Counted from the whole stretch's first letter, positions 25,046 to 37,479 are shown. The stretch: 62,973 nt of DNA, filler included, from Globobulimina sp. (GCA_003354225.1; 29 parts of 29 records of this genome joined end to end with filler, not necessarily neighbours in it), one strand, 5' to 3'. Numbers and translations: made by a program. Notes: generated by a model from the sequence alone, not told the origin.

Positions 25046-25947
25046 CTTGTTTCGCTTTAGCACATCTCGCAATTCCATTCTCTATTTACGAGTTGTCTCA
25101 ATTAGGTTTATCCCCTCAACTCTTCTTCGTATTCATCGCTGCCGTCTTCTACGACATTCTCGGCGGTGTGGGTATAACCTGCGGAGCACACAGATTATGG
25201 TCGCATCGCTCCTACCAAGCAAGCACATTATTCCGCGCCTTATTGATGTTATGTAATTGCATTGCCTTTCAGGGCGAACTATATTACTGGGTCCGGGACC
25301 ATCGCGTCCATCACAAATACAGCGATACGCCGGCCGACCCACATGACATGAACCGAGGTTTCTGGTTCTCGCATTTTGGCTGGTTATGGAGGACCAGGAC
25401 CAAACAATGCGTCAAAGCCTTACAGGAAGTGCCTATGAACGACATGCAAAAAGATCCGGTGGTTCGCTTCCAATTAAAATATTATTTGCCGCTTGGCATA
25501 TTGTTCCGTTTCGTCATTCCATTCTGTATCGGTTACGCTATCACCGGTAATTGGAAGATTGCGTTTTTTTTCAATGTGTGCCAGATGTGGTGCCAGTCAT
25601 TGCATCATACGTTTTTTGTCAACTCTGCGTCGCATACACCGAGTTTGGGCACGCGGCCGTACGATCCCACCATCTTAGCCACGGAGAATTTGATTACCAT
25701 TTATTGCGCGTTGGGCGAAGGCCATCATAATTGGCATCACTGTTTCGCGCAAGATTATGCTACGTCAGAATTGGGATGGAATAAGACCTTTAATCCCAGC
25801 AAATGGGTAATTGATAAGGCTGCGCAATATGGCTTGGTCTCGCAAAGGAAAAGATGGGTGAAAAGAGATCCAAATAACACGTGTATGTTGGCCAAGAATT
25901 ATGTTAAAACAGTGATTAAGAAAGGTTGTACAGATAAAGATCCATAA
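25006..25947 (+). CDS. Acyl-CoA delta-9 fatty acid desaturase
   Basis: GITCGAHRLWSHRSY, WVRDHRVHHKYSDT.ADPH, RGFWFSH.GWL, GEGHHNWHH (His boxes). The true N-terminus is uncertain. Confidence 0.95.
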   Translation: MPYHTYENPLFGRTCFALAHLAIPFSIYELSQLGLSPQLFFVFIAAVFYDILGGVGITCGAHRLWSHRSYQASTLFRALLMLCNCIAFQGELYYWVRDHRVHHKYSDTPADPHDMNRGFWFSHFGWLWRTRTKQCVKALQEVPMNDMQKDPVVRFQLKYYLPLGILFRFVIPFCIGYAITGNWKIAFFFNVCQMWCQSLHHTFFVNSASHTPSLGTRPYDPTILATENLITIYCALGEGHHNWHHCFAQDYATSELGWNKTFNPSKWVIDKAAQYGLVSQRKRWVKRDPNNTCMLAKNYVKTVIKKGCTDKDP

Positions 25948-26300
25948 TCATTCATGTTAAATTCTGCCAGTTCTCTCTAAATGATATCATATTGTTGTTT
26001 TGTAAAAACNNNNNNNNNNNNNNNNNNNNNNNNNNNNNNNNNNNNNNNNNNNNTTAATTAATTAANNNNNNNNNNNNNNNNNNNNNNNNNNNNNNNNNNN
26101 NNNNNNNNNTAGTCAATCACAAAAGAAGTGTTTAGAAGTGTGAACCTAAAAAGTCAAATGCGTTTCTTTTGTAAATATGAATAACGGGCAAGAATTAAAC
26201 GGCACATTATCAAATATAAAAAAAGAGAAATAAGTAGAAAAAGGTCTGATAGAACAAAAGATTGCTATAATTTGCTATTATTTTGTGTTTGTACATAAGA

Positions 26301-28019
26301 TTAAGTGGAAGATACAAAATCAACGGTGCATGAAACATTGCCATCATTCATATAGCCACTAACCGCTGGGATTATTGTGTCTGGTATTTTTGAGTTAAAT
26401 ACATTAATCAATAAATCATCATTGTGATAAATATCACATTTTCCTTGCTTCATATAACACAAAATGGTAAACTCATCACCAGACACTACTTTTTTTTTTA
26501 ATTTTATGGAACACGTATGATGGATGCTGCCGTCACGCGTAAAATATGCATGTGAATCAATGCTATTATTGGCCACAAACAAGCCATACTGCGTACCCGT
26601 GCGACCTAACTGCACATCCGTAAAATCCATGCATTCCAACAACGGATAGCCTATAAACCCCATACAAATCCCTTCATCATCATAGTTATCATTATAATAA
26701 TCATCGTCATCGTCATTATCCTCATCCGGCTCACCATCAAATTGAAGGCTATATTTCCATTCAAATGTGTCGTATTTATGCTTATCAATGACCACATTCA
26801 ATACACCGATATTATGTCCATTCATTTGCGAAAATACAATGCATTTATCCTCCATTAAATATTCGACACCGCCGCAATTGCTTGAATTTGTTACATCAAA
26901 TTTCAAATCATTTAACATTTCTGGTAACTGCACGCTTATTACTTGGCAGTATGTGCTCCAACCATTGATATTTTGGGTCCGCGCACGAATAAATATCCAT
27001 TTATGGCTACATTCTTTGAGATTGATTGTGATCTCATGGATGCGTTTTATTTTTTTATTTTCTTCGATAACGATCCTCTCAATGCCTCGAATATCATTCT
27101 CGTTCTCTTTATTCTCCTCATTTATGTCCTCTTTCTTTGCCGATTTGCGTGTTTTTCTTTTGTTTTTTTTCGTTTTTGGTTTTCGTTTTGTTTTCCTTTT
27201 CGATGGAACCGGTTTCATTGCTGTCTCAGCCACTGATTTATGCTCCGTTTGTTTGAACACTTTATTTATATTATTACAGTGAGTCTGAATATATTCAATC
27301 TCGACCTGTGCAATGCGATTATTTTTCGTATGATTGGTAAACGGATAATGTTGAATGGCTTTCTTTTCCTTTGTAGTCATAATGACAATTTTCAATGTAA
27401 CGGAGGTATTATTCACATGTTTGACTTTAATTTTTGGCGAATGCGGCAATGTGCACTCTTTTATAACACATATATTATCGCAAAAAAAGTCCCTTTCATG
27501 GATATCATAATCAATTTCAATCTGCGATATCGCCTCAAACTCATTAAAATCAATAACATCATCATCGTAAACATCCATTAATTGCGATATGTCGGTGATA
27601 GCTCCACTGCTTTTCTTTAAAATATGTTGCTTATTTTCTTGTAATTTGATAACTTTCTGCTCCAACCCCTCAGATTTGTGATTTTTAACATTTAACAATA
27701 TCTGCAACAACTCAGTGTGTCGCTCGTTCAATTTCCTGTGTAAAACATCAAAATATTTCTTCATGTCTTGCTTGCATTGATTGTAGTTTATATTTAAGAC
27801 TTTCATGCCGTGATCGATTTGATTTGAGTCTGCTTTGTTCTCTTCCAACAGCACATTGATGCTCTTATTGTGTTGACTCATATTATTTTTCAATTCCAAT
27901 GCGTCCCATTTCTCGTCTTCGCTGTGCATCTCGTTGTTGCTGCTCGCATCGCCGGAACTGTTCAAGCTCAATCTTTGCAGATCCATATTTTCCTCATTAT
28001 CGCCCGCGTGCTGCGACAT
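26301..28019 (-). CDS. Coiled-coil + FN3 + SPRY/B30.2-like protein (TRIM-like C-terminal architecture)
   Basis: BBC-like coiled coil, FN3 end FIRARTQNINGWSTYC, SPRY-like ICMGFIG...SGDEFTI...IYHND...IIPAVS. Confidence 0.65.
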   Translation of the reverse strand: MSQHAGDNEENMDLQRLSLNSSGDASSNNEMHSEDEKWDALELKNNMSQHNKSINVLLEENKADSNQIDHGMKVLNINYNQCKQDMKKYFDVLHRKLNERHTELLQILLNVKNHKSEGLEQKVIKLQENKQHILKKSSGAITDISQLMDVYDDDVIDFNEFEAISQIEIDYDIHERDFFCDNICVIKECTLPHSPKIKVKHVNNTSVTLKIVIMTTKEKKAIQHYPFTNHTKNNRIAQVEIEYIQTHCNNINKVFKQTEHKSVAETAMKPVPSKRKTKRKPKTKKNKRKTRKSAKKEDINEENKENENDIRGIERIVIEENKKIKRIHEITINLKECSHKWIFIRARTQNINGWSTYCQVISVQLPEMLNDLKFDVTNSSNCGGVEYLMEDKCIVFSQMNGHNIGVLNVVIDKHKYDTFEWKYSLQFDGEPDEDNDDDDDYYNDNYDDEGICMGFIGYPLLECMDFTDVQLGRTGTQYGLFVANNSIDSHAYFTRDGSIHHTCSIKLKKKVVSGDEFTILCYMKQGKCDIYHNDDLLINVFNSKIPDTIIPAVSGYMNDGNVSCTVDFVSST

Positions 28020-28284
28020 AATATCTATTAAATTGTAACCGTTTCTGGTCTGAGTATACAGCGTTGGATTAATATTCGAGGTTATAGTGTGTGTACATGC
28101 GGTGCTGTTGTTGGCTAAGCAGCAAAAGATCAGGTGGGAAGGTAAGCCTTAGTCAAGTTTAGGGCGGTCTAACGGATACAAAAANNNNNNNNNNNNNNNN
28201 NNNNNNNNNNNNNNNNNNNNNNNNNNNNTTAATTAATTAANNNNNNNNNNNNNNNNNNNNNNNNNNNNNNNNNNNNNNNNNNNN

Positions 28285-30359
28285 TATTATAATTCTCATC
28301 ATGTTCAAATATTATCATTCCAAGCGAATCATCATCATCATCATCATCATTATTATTGTCCTCGATATCTGGATTACCATTTGCGTCCATATCATTATTA
28401 TGTCGATCAGTTATTCCATTTGAATTTATTTTAATTGGCAGGGAATCGCCCAAACAAACTTGAATTTTTATATCATCCATAATCGAATGAAAATTATTGT
28501 GTGATATGATTGGCCAAATATAGTACAATATGAATTGTTTCTTATTCTCATTCAAATCCTCGCCATGGAATATATGATGTAAATCTTTATGGAATTTAAT
28601 TTTATTTAATTGCTCCACATTGAATGTGTTTGGCGTAAACCTCAACATTGGATATTGAATCGACATTTGCCACGAAATACTAATACATTTATCCACAAAT
28701 ACCGCAAATTTTAAATGAATTTGCTCCGAAATTTGATGAGAACTTAAATCCAAATGTTTAAATATAAACTGTTTCATAAATATTTCGTCAATCAAATGAT
28801 TTTTAATGTCTTTAATTTTCTCAGTGGAATGTAAAAAAATTTCATAGTTTGCATTTTTTATCCATTCATTGTAAAACGACTCATATAAAATATTTTTATT
28901 GATTGATAATTGCGTACATAATGTCAACGACATGTACTTTTCAAATTTGTTGATCAATTTAAATGATGCCAATAATACATTGAATAATAATTCATATATT
29001 AACGGATATAAATATTGTGTATTCCATGTAGATCGATAGGACGTTATTAACGAAAACAATAAATCAAATAATCCCTTATGTTGCGTGCTAAATAACTCAT
29101 TATATTCTCCAGCAATCTTCTCTCGAATATTAAAATTGGACTCATTCGCAGTGTTACTCTCATTTTCATTTTTATTTTCATCGTTTTTGTCAAACTCTAT
29201 CGAAGCTTGCAATGCTTGCAATTTTATTTCTAACTTTTTACATCGTTCTTGTTCTTTTTCTAAACGAAATCCATGCACTTCCTCCATTTTATTGCTTGCT
29301 TTTAATGTTTTTAAAGTCTCAATCTCTGTTTCCATATTTCTTATTTTCCTATTTGCTTCTTCCATATTCCTGAACCATAATAAATAAACAAACAACAACA
29401 CAAAATATCACATAATTTACAAAACTGATAACTTTCAATAAGCTTTGCTTGTGCGTAGGTGGTGGTTTTTTGCGTGGAATCCTTATATTTGCTTTACATT
29501 ATAAATCCTAATGTGTTTTTTATGTGTTTTTACTCCGAAATGACAAAATTACTTAACTTTGATTGTGCGTCTAATTTATTTTGATATTGACTGGATAATA
29601 TATCTAATTCCTGTTGAAGTCGCGTTACTTGATTCGCATTGATATCCACAGCTTGTTTGTATTTCGCCTGCGATTGGCTTAAATCTTCAACTTCGTTTTG
29701 CAACCTCTCAATTAACTCTTTGTTTTCTTTTAATTTCACTTCATTCGCAGATACATATTCTTCATACATTCTTACATAAAATTATTGAGTGAATCAATCC
29801 CATTCAGAGTACGTTGAATCAAGTCACTCAGAATTCGAATGGCAAGAAATGACAGAAACGGACGGCCAAAGCTATAATTCTGCGCAGTCAGTTTCTGTCA
29901 TTTTGTTGAAACCACTCATTTGTGCGTAGAAAAAAGAAAAACATACTTTCTCATTTCTTGATATCCCTTTTTAAAAGATTCCAATTCGAGCTCTAAAATG
30001 GCCATATTTTTGTTCCTATTTGTTTTGCTGTTTTGTTATTTGTCACAACAAACAATGTCAATATATATACTTTAGGCTATCAGCAGATTTCCTGCGCGAA
30101 TTGGCAGAGATTATCACAGTTTCATTGTGATTGATATTGTAATTGGACTGTTTCTCATCATCATGGTCATTGTGGCCCTGTTTATTGGCTGCATCTGTTG
30201 CAGTGGCAGTATATGCCGGTATTTTTTTAGGCGATTCCTCGTCAGATACAAAATGAAATAATTGCACGTTATTCAGATTCATTTTATTTAAGGAAGACTT
30301 GAATATAAAACCTTGTAATTTGTATGATTCCGCCTGCAACATTGGATAAAATGATAAAA
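28285..30359 (-). CDS. Multi-exon coiled-coil protein with a MIEAP-like C-terminal domain
   Basis: Coiled-coil exons, then FVDKCISISWQMSIQYPML..F...HH...ILYYIWPII. Confidence 0.55.
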
Positions 30360-30459
30360 NNNNNNNNNNNNNNNNNNNNNNNNNNNNNNNNNNNNNNNNN
30401 NNNTTAATTAATTAANNNNNNNNNNNNNNNNNNNNNNNNNNNNNNNNNNNNNNNNNNNN

Positions 30460-32534
30460 TAAATTTGATGCGTCCAAATCGCACGACTGTGACCATCAGC
30501 CGGTAAAGAATTATGTATGGGATTTTGGAGACGGATCGCCGAAGGTTACTACGTCTGTTCCTGTCACAAATCATGCGTACGCAAAGCCGCAAGTGTATCC
30601 CGTTAAAGTCACAGTGACTGATAAGTATGGAAAGAAATCGCAAGCTGGTATGTCATTGTCATGTTTGTGTCATGCTGTCATGCTGTCATGTTTGAAGTGA
30701 GCTAAAAAAAAAACTTCGCTTTACTTCAACATCTCGCAAAATCGCAGATAAAATTATTTGAAACTGACCGAAAATATATTATTTTTTGAAGGCTTGAACC
30801 AGCGAGTAAACGATCCAAACAATCCACTCCCACCATACGCACAGTTAACCAGTACGCCGCCAACCCAACACAAGAAAAAACCAGTCACCTTCGATGCGTC
30901 TAAATCGCACGATGGAGATAAGAGGCCATGCGTTAATTTTCTATTTGATTTCGGTGACGGTACGCCCACTGTATCCACCCCCAAACCTGTAGTAAACCAC
31001 GCTTATGAGAAAAAAGGCTCATACCCCGTCAAAGTGACAGTGACCGATAACAAAGGACAGAAAGCCGACGCGTTTTTAACCCAACGGGTAGTTGACCCCA
31101 ATGCACAAGATCCGACATTGCCGTATGCCGCCGTATCGTCCACGCCTGCGGACCCCAAACCAAATCAACCAGTGAGGTTCGATGCGTCCAAATCGGTGGA
31201 TTGCGATGGCGATCCCGTACGGAATTATGTGTGGGATTTTGGCGATTTCAGCCCGCCTGTCACCACTACAAAACCTGTGGTGAATCACGCGTACTCCAAA
31301 CCAGGTAGGTTTTGAGTGGCTGTCTATTTTGTGTTGACTGCAATTGGTTGATGTTGAAAATATATATTTAGGCACGTATCCATGCAAAATAACAGTGACG
31401 GATAAGTATGGTAAACCGGCTAAGGCGAGTTGTAAAACCATGGTTGTACCATCGGCGCCGGTGACGAATTCAGCCAATAGTGTGGCACCACGATTACCTC
31501 CGACCGTTATACTCACCTCAAATCCGCAAGAATCGTTACCAAAGCAACCTGTGCACTTTGATGCGTCGGAATCGCGGGATTTTAAAGGACAGCCATGTGT
31601 GCAGTTTGTATGGGATTTTGGTGATGATACGCCCAAAGTCACTACCACAGCGCCAAAAACTGCGCATCCATATGAAGAATCTGGCACTTATACGGTGAAA
31701 GTTATTGCTACAGATAAATTCAGACAGACTGGTGATGCGAGTTTAGTACAAAAAAATCATTTTTTTTGATTGGCTGCCTATTTTTTTTTCATTACTAGTA
31801 CATATTTTTTTATTTGTTCACTTTATTTTTGATTTGTTGCATTTTTTTTTTGCAGAAGATATAAAATTGTGATTGGTTTGAAACTGAAATATATAGCTGT
31901 AAATCAGAGATGTCGTGAACCGGATCCATTGGCACCGTATGCAGCGGTATCGAGTACGCCAAGCGACCCGGAACCAGGTAAACCAGTACGTATTGATGCG
32001 ACTGAATGCGAAGATTACAAAGGCAATCCATGTAAGAATTTCGTATTTGATTTTGGCGATGGAAGCCCGCCCATAAAATCCACAAATCCCGTTGTAAATC
32101 ATGTATACAGCGAACCGGGCACCTATCCAGTCACCGTGACCTGCACTGATAAATACGGCAAAAAAGGCAATGCCGCGTTAAACCAACGGGTTAAAGACCC
32201 AAAACAACCCATTGGTCCACCATACGCACATTTACACTCCAAACCGAAGGAAACATTGCCTTACGAACCTGTGGATTTCGATGCGAGTAAATCGCACGAT
32301 GCGCAAAATATGCCCTGCAAATCATTTGTGTGGGATTTTGGCGACGGATCGCCCAAACAAACAACGAGTGGCCCTTACAACCAACACGAATATGAAAAAC
32401 CTGGTATTGTAATATTTGCATGCTTTTCAGTTTGAAACTAGTAATTTTGCAGTTTGAATCTGAAATGTTTTTCAAGTTTCAGTCTGAATCTGAAATATAG
32501 CCATTTTTTTCAGATTGAAAAATTATTTTTGCAG
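30460..32534 (+). CDS. Tandem PKD-domain protein (about 6 repeats visible, intron-containing)
   Basis: Repeated FDASxSxD...WDFGDG....NHxYxxPGxYPVxVTVTDKYG. GT-AG introns near 30648-30791, 31305-31371, ~31741-31897 and from 32404. Confidence 0.92.
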
Positions 32535-32719
32535 NNNNNNNNNNNNNNNNNNNNNNNNNNNNNNNNNNNNNNNNNNNNTTAATTAATTAANNNNNNNNNN
32601 NNNNNNNNNNNNNNNNNNNNNNNNNNNNNNNNNNTTTTGTTGTCATGGTGTTTTAATATGTTTTAATACTTAATAAATCTTTTTTGAGTGAGTTATAAAA
32701 ACTTGCATATATCCAAACC

Positions 32720-34635
32720 ATGTCACTTCAAACCACTGTAGGTGTAAAACGTAAATTGTCCAATGACGATGACGATGTTGATTTATTTCAAGATGAAGTC
32801 GCCAACCCAGCAAAACGGCACACAGAATCTCAACGAGTACTAAGTATGCTTTTGAATACGCATCAAATGAGAAAATTAAATTTTATAAATTATACTACAC
32901 AGAGACCGACATTTTGTTTGAAGATCAAGGACCAGACAACGAGTCATCAGACTCACAGTACGAGTACACCTTCATTGACGATGACGAAAACAATGAGCCC
33001 TACATTCCCATCACAAATAACACCATAAAGACCAAACACAATACGCTCGAAAACAATGACGATGACGACAATGATATTGATATCACTCAATTTGAAAATA
33101 ATAACGACGATGACGACGACGACGATGATGATTTGATGATGAATACAAAAGTACCAAAACAGACCAAAACCACAGCATTAGATTTAAATTGGTCCGACGA
33201 AGACGAATGTATCGAACAATATGAGTCAGACAATGACAAAAAAGAAGAAAACAGTGGAATTGCTTGGTTCCCCCAACAAAAAGAAACAATCACCGACGCC
33301 AAAGACATGAAATACGACAAATCGGCCTATAACGTACTGTACAAATTCAACACAGAATGGCCCTGTTTGACCTTTGATGTAATCTTAGACAATTTAGGCG
33401 CAGTACGTACGACCATCCCCTATTCCCTGTATTTAGTCTGTGGCTCTCAGGCCGACCCAAACTACAGAAACACGTCCATCCACACAAAATATAGCGGACG
33501 CATCCAAAATAAAATCCAATTCCTCAAATTAAACCAGGTTCAAAAAACCAAATACGATGATGATAAAAACGACATTGCCGAGGAAAAAGACTCTGAATAT
33601 ATCAATATCACCGACGAGGAGGCCATATTGCAAAATCGCGATGTTTTTGTGGACTGCGTGGTGAATCGCATTAAAACCAAGCGTTTCAACGTTGGGAATG
33701 AAAAACATTTGGTCGCAGTGATGGGCGCTGATTGCAACTTATATATTTATGACGGTACGCAGCATATACTTTCGTTGGATGGTTTGGCCACTAATTTGGA
33801 GGCAGTCAGTGACACTGCAAAGCCACTCTGCCGGTCGGCTCATTGCGATGAAGGATATGGTGTGGCGTGGAATAAGCAGCCTGGAAATAGCAGTTTATTG
33901 ACGGGTTCCTGTGCTGGAGAGTTGCGACTATATCAGGCCAAATCAGCTACTTTTGTGCGGACTGTGCAGTTCAAAACGTTGAAGGCCTCCATAGAAGACG
34001 TTGAATGGTCGCCGCAGCACAGTGATATATTCGTGTCAGTGGGCGTGGATAAATGTATTCGTGTTTGGGATGCTCGCAATCACAAAAAAGAGCATGTTGC
34101 GCGGGTACAAAATGCGCATAGAGAGGATATAAATGTTTGTTCATGGAATCCGCACTCGAATCATCAACATTTGCTATTGACGGGTTCCGATGACCATTCC
34201 TTTAAGATTTGGGATCTGAGGAAGTTGCAAAATGGCGGCAATGGCTGTTTTAATAAGAAATTGAAAAAATGTGGACATTATTATATGTCCTCGTGGCATA
34301 TTGGAGGGATAACATCGATTGAATGGCATCCAAATGACTCCTCATCGGCCATTGTGTCGTCGGAAGATAATCAAATATCACTTTGGGACTTTAGTTTGGA
34401 GGAAGATAACTCGATTGTGAATACTGGAGCGAAATTGCAGAATAATAATGTGAAGATACCGCCGCAATTAACATTTATGCATGGCGGACAACAGGATATT
34501 AAAGAAGTACATTTTCATCCACAAATTCCAAATTTATGTATTTCTACGGCTGGCTCTGGCTTTCAGTTATTTCAACCGGATAATTTAATGGAATCATGTC
34601 GCAATGAGTTCAAAAATATGTCCATTGTTGATTGA
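32720..34635 (+). CDS. GRWD1: Glutamate-rich WD40 protein GRWD1/Rrb1 (intron 32844-32902)
   Basis: Acidic N-terminus, YDKSAY..L....TEWPCLTFD, EGYGVAW, SIEDVEWSP, ITSIEWHP, IPPQLTFMHGGQQDIKEVHFHPQIP. Confidence 0.92.
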
Positions 34636-34809
34636 TGTAATATTGACTCATTTCAGTGTTGATTTATTGATATTAGTTTTATTTTGTAAATTGTAAGTTT
34701 GTTGCTTTTNNNNNNNNNNNNNNNNNNNNNNNNNNNNNNNNNNNNNNNNNNNNTTAATTAATTAANNNNNNNNNNNNNNNNNNNNNNNNNNNNNNNNNNN
34801 NNNNNNNNN

Positions 34810-35728
34810 ATGCCGGTTGTCCGCATCCTGGCATTTAATATGTCATCAAACGATGGAACATAGCCATTACTATCACTTTCATCCATTATTTCGGTTATTT
34901 TATCCAAAAAATAATTAGTATTTTCATACAAACTGAAATATTGTCGATGATTGAATGTTTCTTGAATTCCTTCCAATTGCCACAATAATTGCATTGCTTT
35001 TCCTTTTTTAGATGTTGTATTATTTGGATTTGCGTTGTATTTGCATCTGACACTAATTATAATATAAACAAAGAAATAAAATAGAATGGGATTTGTTTAG
35101 TGTCAGATGCAAGAATAACTGGCCTCAATTACTTAGAGCATATATTAAAGAAACAATGAAAAAAACAATAAAAAATACCTAAAATGTTCATATCTTGCGC
35201 ATCATAGTTATAATATTCAGAGATTTTATTTGCTTTAAACTCAACTAATATTTTAACTGCGTTGTCAATGTCTGGGTCTTTGTCATTAACAATGCATTTA
35301 CTGATATTATGTGGCTCTTTACATAATATTTGAGACTGTTTTAACAATTTAATTAATCCATTTATCGCATTCAATCGTATATACACAACGATAGTGTCTG
35401 GATCAATAAAAAACCGCTCCGTTCCCTGTATAGCACCATTCGTTTTTTCGTCACCATGAATATATTCAATTTGCCGAAATAATGTTGATTTACCGCTGCT
35501 GCCCGCGCCTAATAATAATGTTTTGATTATTGAACGTTGATATTTATCGAGAGACTTCATCTGTTTTTCAATCTCTTTATTCGATGCCTTGCTCATTTTT
35601 TTTGTTATATTGAGATTATGTGTCGATGATTCAGTTGTAATTTCACTGACTGATTTATTTGAAATTGCAACTGCGATATTTTCAATGTTTTGGTCATGAA
35701 TATGTGCTTTCTCACAACAAGCACCCAT
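34810..35728 (-). CDS. Heterotrimeric G-protein alpha subunit, copy 1 (3'-truncated; intron ~35003-35178)
   Basis: MGACC acylation motif, KTLLLGAGSSGKSTLFRQ. The second exon ends YVPSFDDILNARMRTTG. Confidence 0.93.
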
Positions 35729-35872
35729 TTTGATGATTTGATGTGACAGGGATTATTGTACACGTATTTGTTTTTTATCGAAAAACTTTATCACAAAAGA
35801 AAGCGTGTTATTTAGTTTAAGTGCCAAAATCTTTATTCTCCAACATTTTTCTTGTCATCTCAAATCATCAAA

Positions 35873-36425
35873 ATGGGTGCTTGTTGTGAGAAAGCACAAC
35901 ATATTCATGACCTAAACATTAAAAATATTGCAGTTGAAATTTCAAATAAATCAGTCAGTGACATTACAACTGAGTCATCAACGCATAATCTCAATATATC
36001 AAACAAAACGAGCAAGGCATCGAATAAAGCGATTGAAAAACAGATGAAGTCGCTCGAAAAACAACAACGTTCAATAATTAAAACGTTATTATTAGGAGCA
36101 GGCAGCAGCGGTAAATCGACATTATTTCGGCAAATTGAATATATTCATGGGGTGGAAAAGGTGGATGGTACCATACATGGAATGGAGCGTTTTTTTATTG
36201 ATTATGAAGTCATCGCAAAACGTATACGATTAAATGCGATAAACGGATTAATTAAATTGTTAAAACAGTCTCAAATATTATGTAAAGAGCCACATAATAT
36301 CAGTAAATGTATTGTTAATGACAAAGACCCAGACATTGACAACGCAGTTAAAATATTAGTCGATTTTAAAGCAAATAAAATCTCTGCATATTCTAACTAC
36401 AATGCGCAAGATATGAACATTTTAG
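35873..36425 (+). CDS. G-protein alpha subunit, copy 2, first exon (divergent paralog of copy 1)
   Basis: Near-identical N-terminal exon with the same intron donor position. No second exon is seen before the contig end. Confidence 0.88.
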
Positions 36426-36984
36426 GTATTTTTTTATTGTGTTTTTCATTTTTTTTTAGAAGCCGGAGGAAATAAGTTTGTATGCTTAAATTAAAAGAGT
36501 TCGCCACAAAAAGAGGCAAATAATAAATAAAAACCAGCTGAAAGTTTGTGCACAAATGCACATGACCCAGACAATCAAAATGTGCATAAGATATAACCCT
36601 TTTGCCCACAAAATAAAAATAAATAAATAAGTAACCGTGGTTGGTGAGATAATTCCATTGATTGGAGAATCTTTTTGTTTCTTTAATATTATATTTCATT
36701 GAGACAAGTTATTCTTGCATCTGACACTAAACAAATCACATTCTATTTTATTTCTTAATTTGTATATTTCATCTGACTGCGGCCAATGGAATGCGTAATG
36801 ATCTGTTGTTTCGGATTTATTACAATTTATATACATTGTTACCAATAAAAAACGTTACATTGACACAACGCAAACACATAATACNNNNNNNNNNNNNNNN
36901 NNNNNNNNNNNNNNNNNNNNNNNNNNNNTTAATTAATTAANNNNNNNNNNNNNNNNNNNNNNNNNNNNNNNNNNNNNNNNNNNN

Positions 36985-37479
36985 GACAGCATTTTTTAAA
37001 TGAAAAGCTGCATCCTGAAACTGTCGCTGATAATAATATGTCTTCCCTAATAATAATTGAGCATCTCCAATTTGCGGGTTTGCATTTAGATACTCTATCA
37101 ATAGCTTTTTCGCTTTTTCATATTCTTTATAATCGAATAGCATTATTGCATATTCATATTTAACATCCATATTGTTCGGATGAAAGTCTATCGCTCTTTC
37201 ATAAACCTCTGATGCCAAATTAAAATCATGCAACCAGAAAAGAGTTTGAGCATATAACCGTTCAACCCAAATATTACCAGGGTACTCATCTTCAAATGAT
37301 CCAAGAACTTCGGCTGCTTCAGAAAATTTCTTGTCATTAAGCAGCTCTCTGGATTTTTCCAGAGTTGTCGTAACAAGTTGGTTTTGTGCGTTAACCATGC
37401 TAATTAATGATAACACAAAAAGTAATAATATAGCCCATTTTGGGTATCGTATTTTTAAATATGAAATTGGGTTATTCAT
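36985..37479 (-). CDS. Bacterial signal-peptide TPR protein (3'-truncated)
   Basis: Signal peptide ending VNA-Q, followed by TPR helices (YAQTLFW, YEYAIML, LLLGKTYY). No introns. Confidence 0.8.

Noticed and set aside
26767..27581. Long antisense ORFs here and opposite other genes (e.g. 31076-31687, 49307-49793, 62399-62956)
   Set aside because: Shadow frames of real genes with biased or low-complexity codons. They have no independent motifs.
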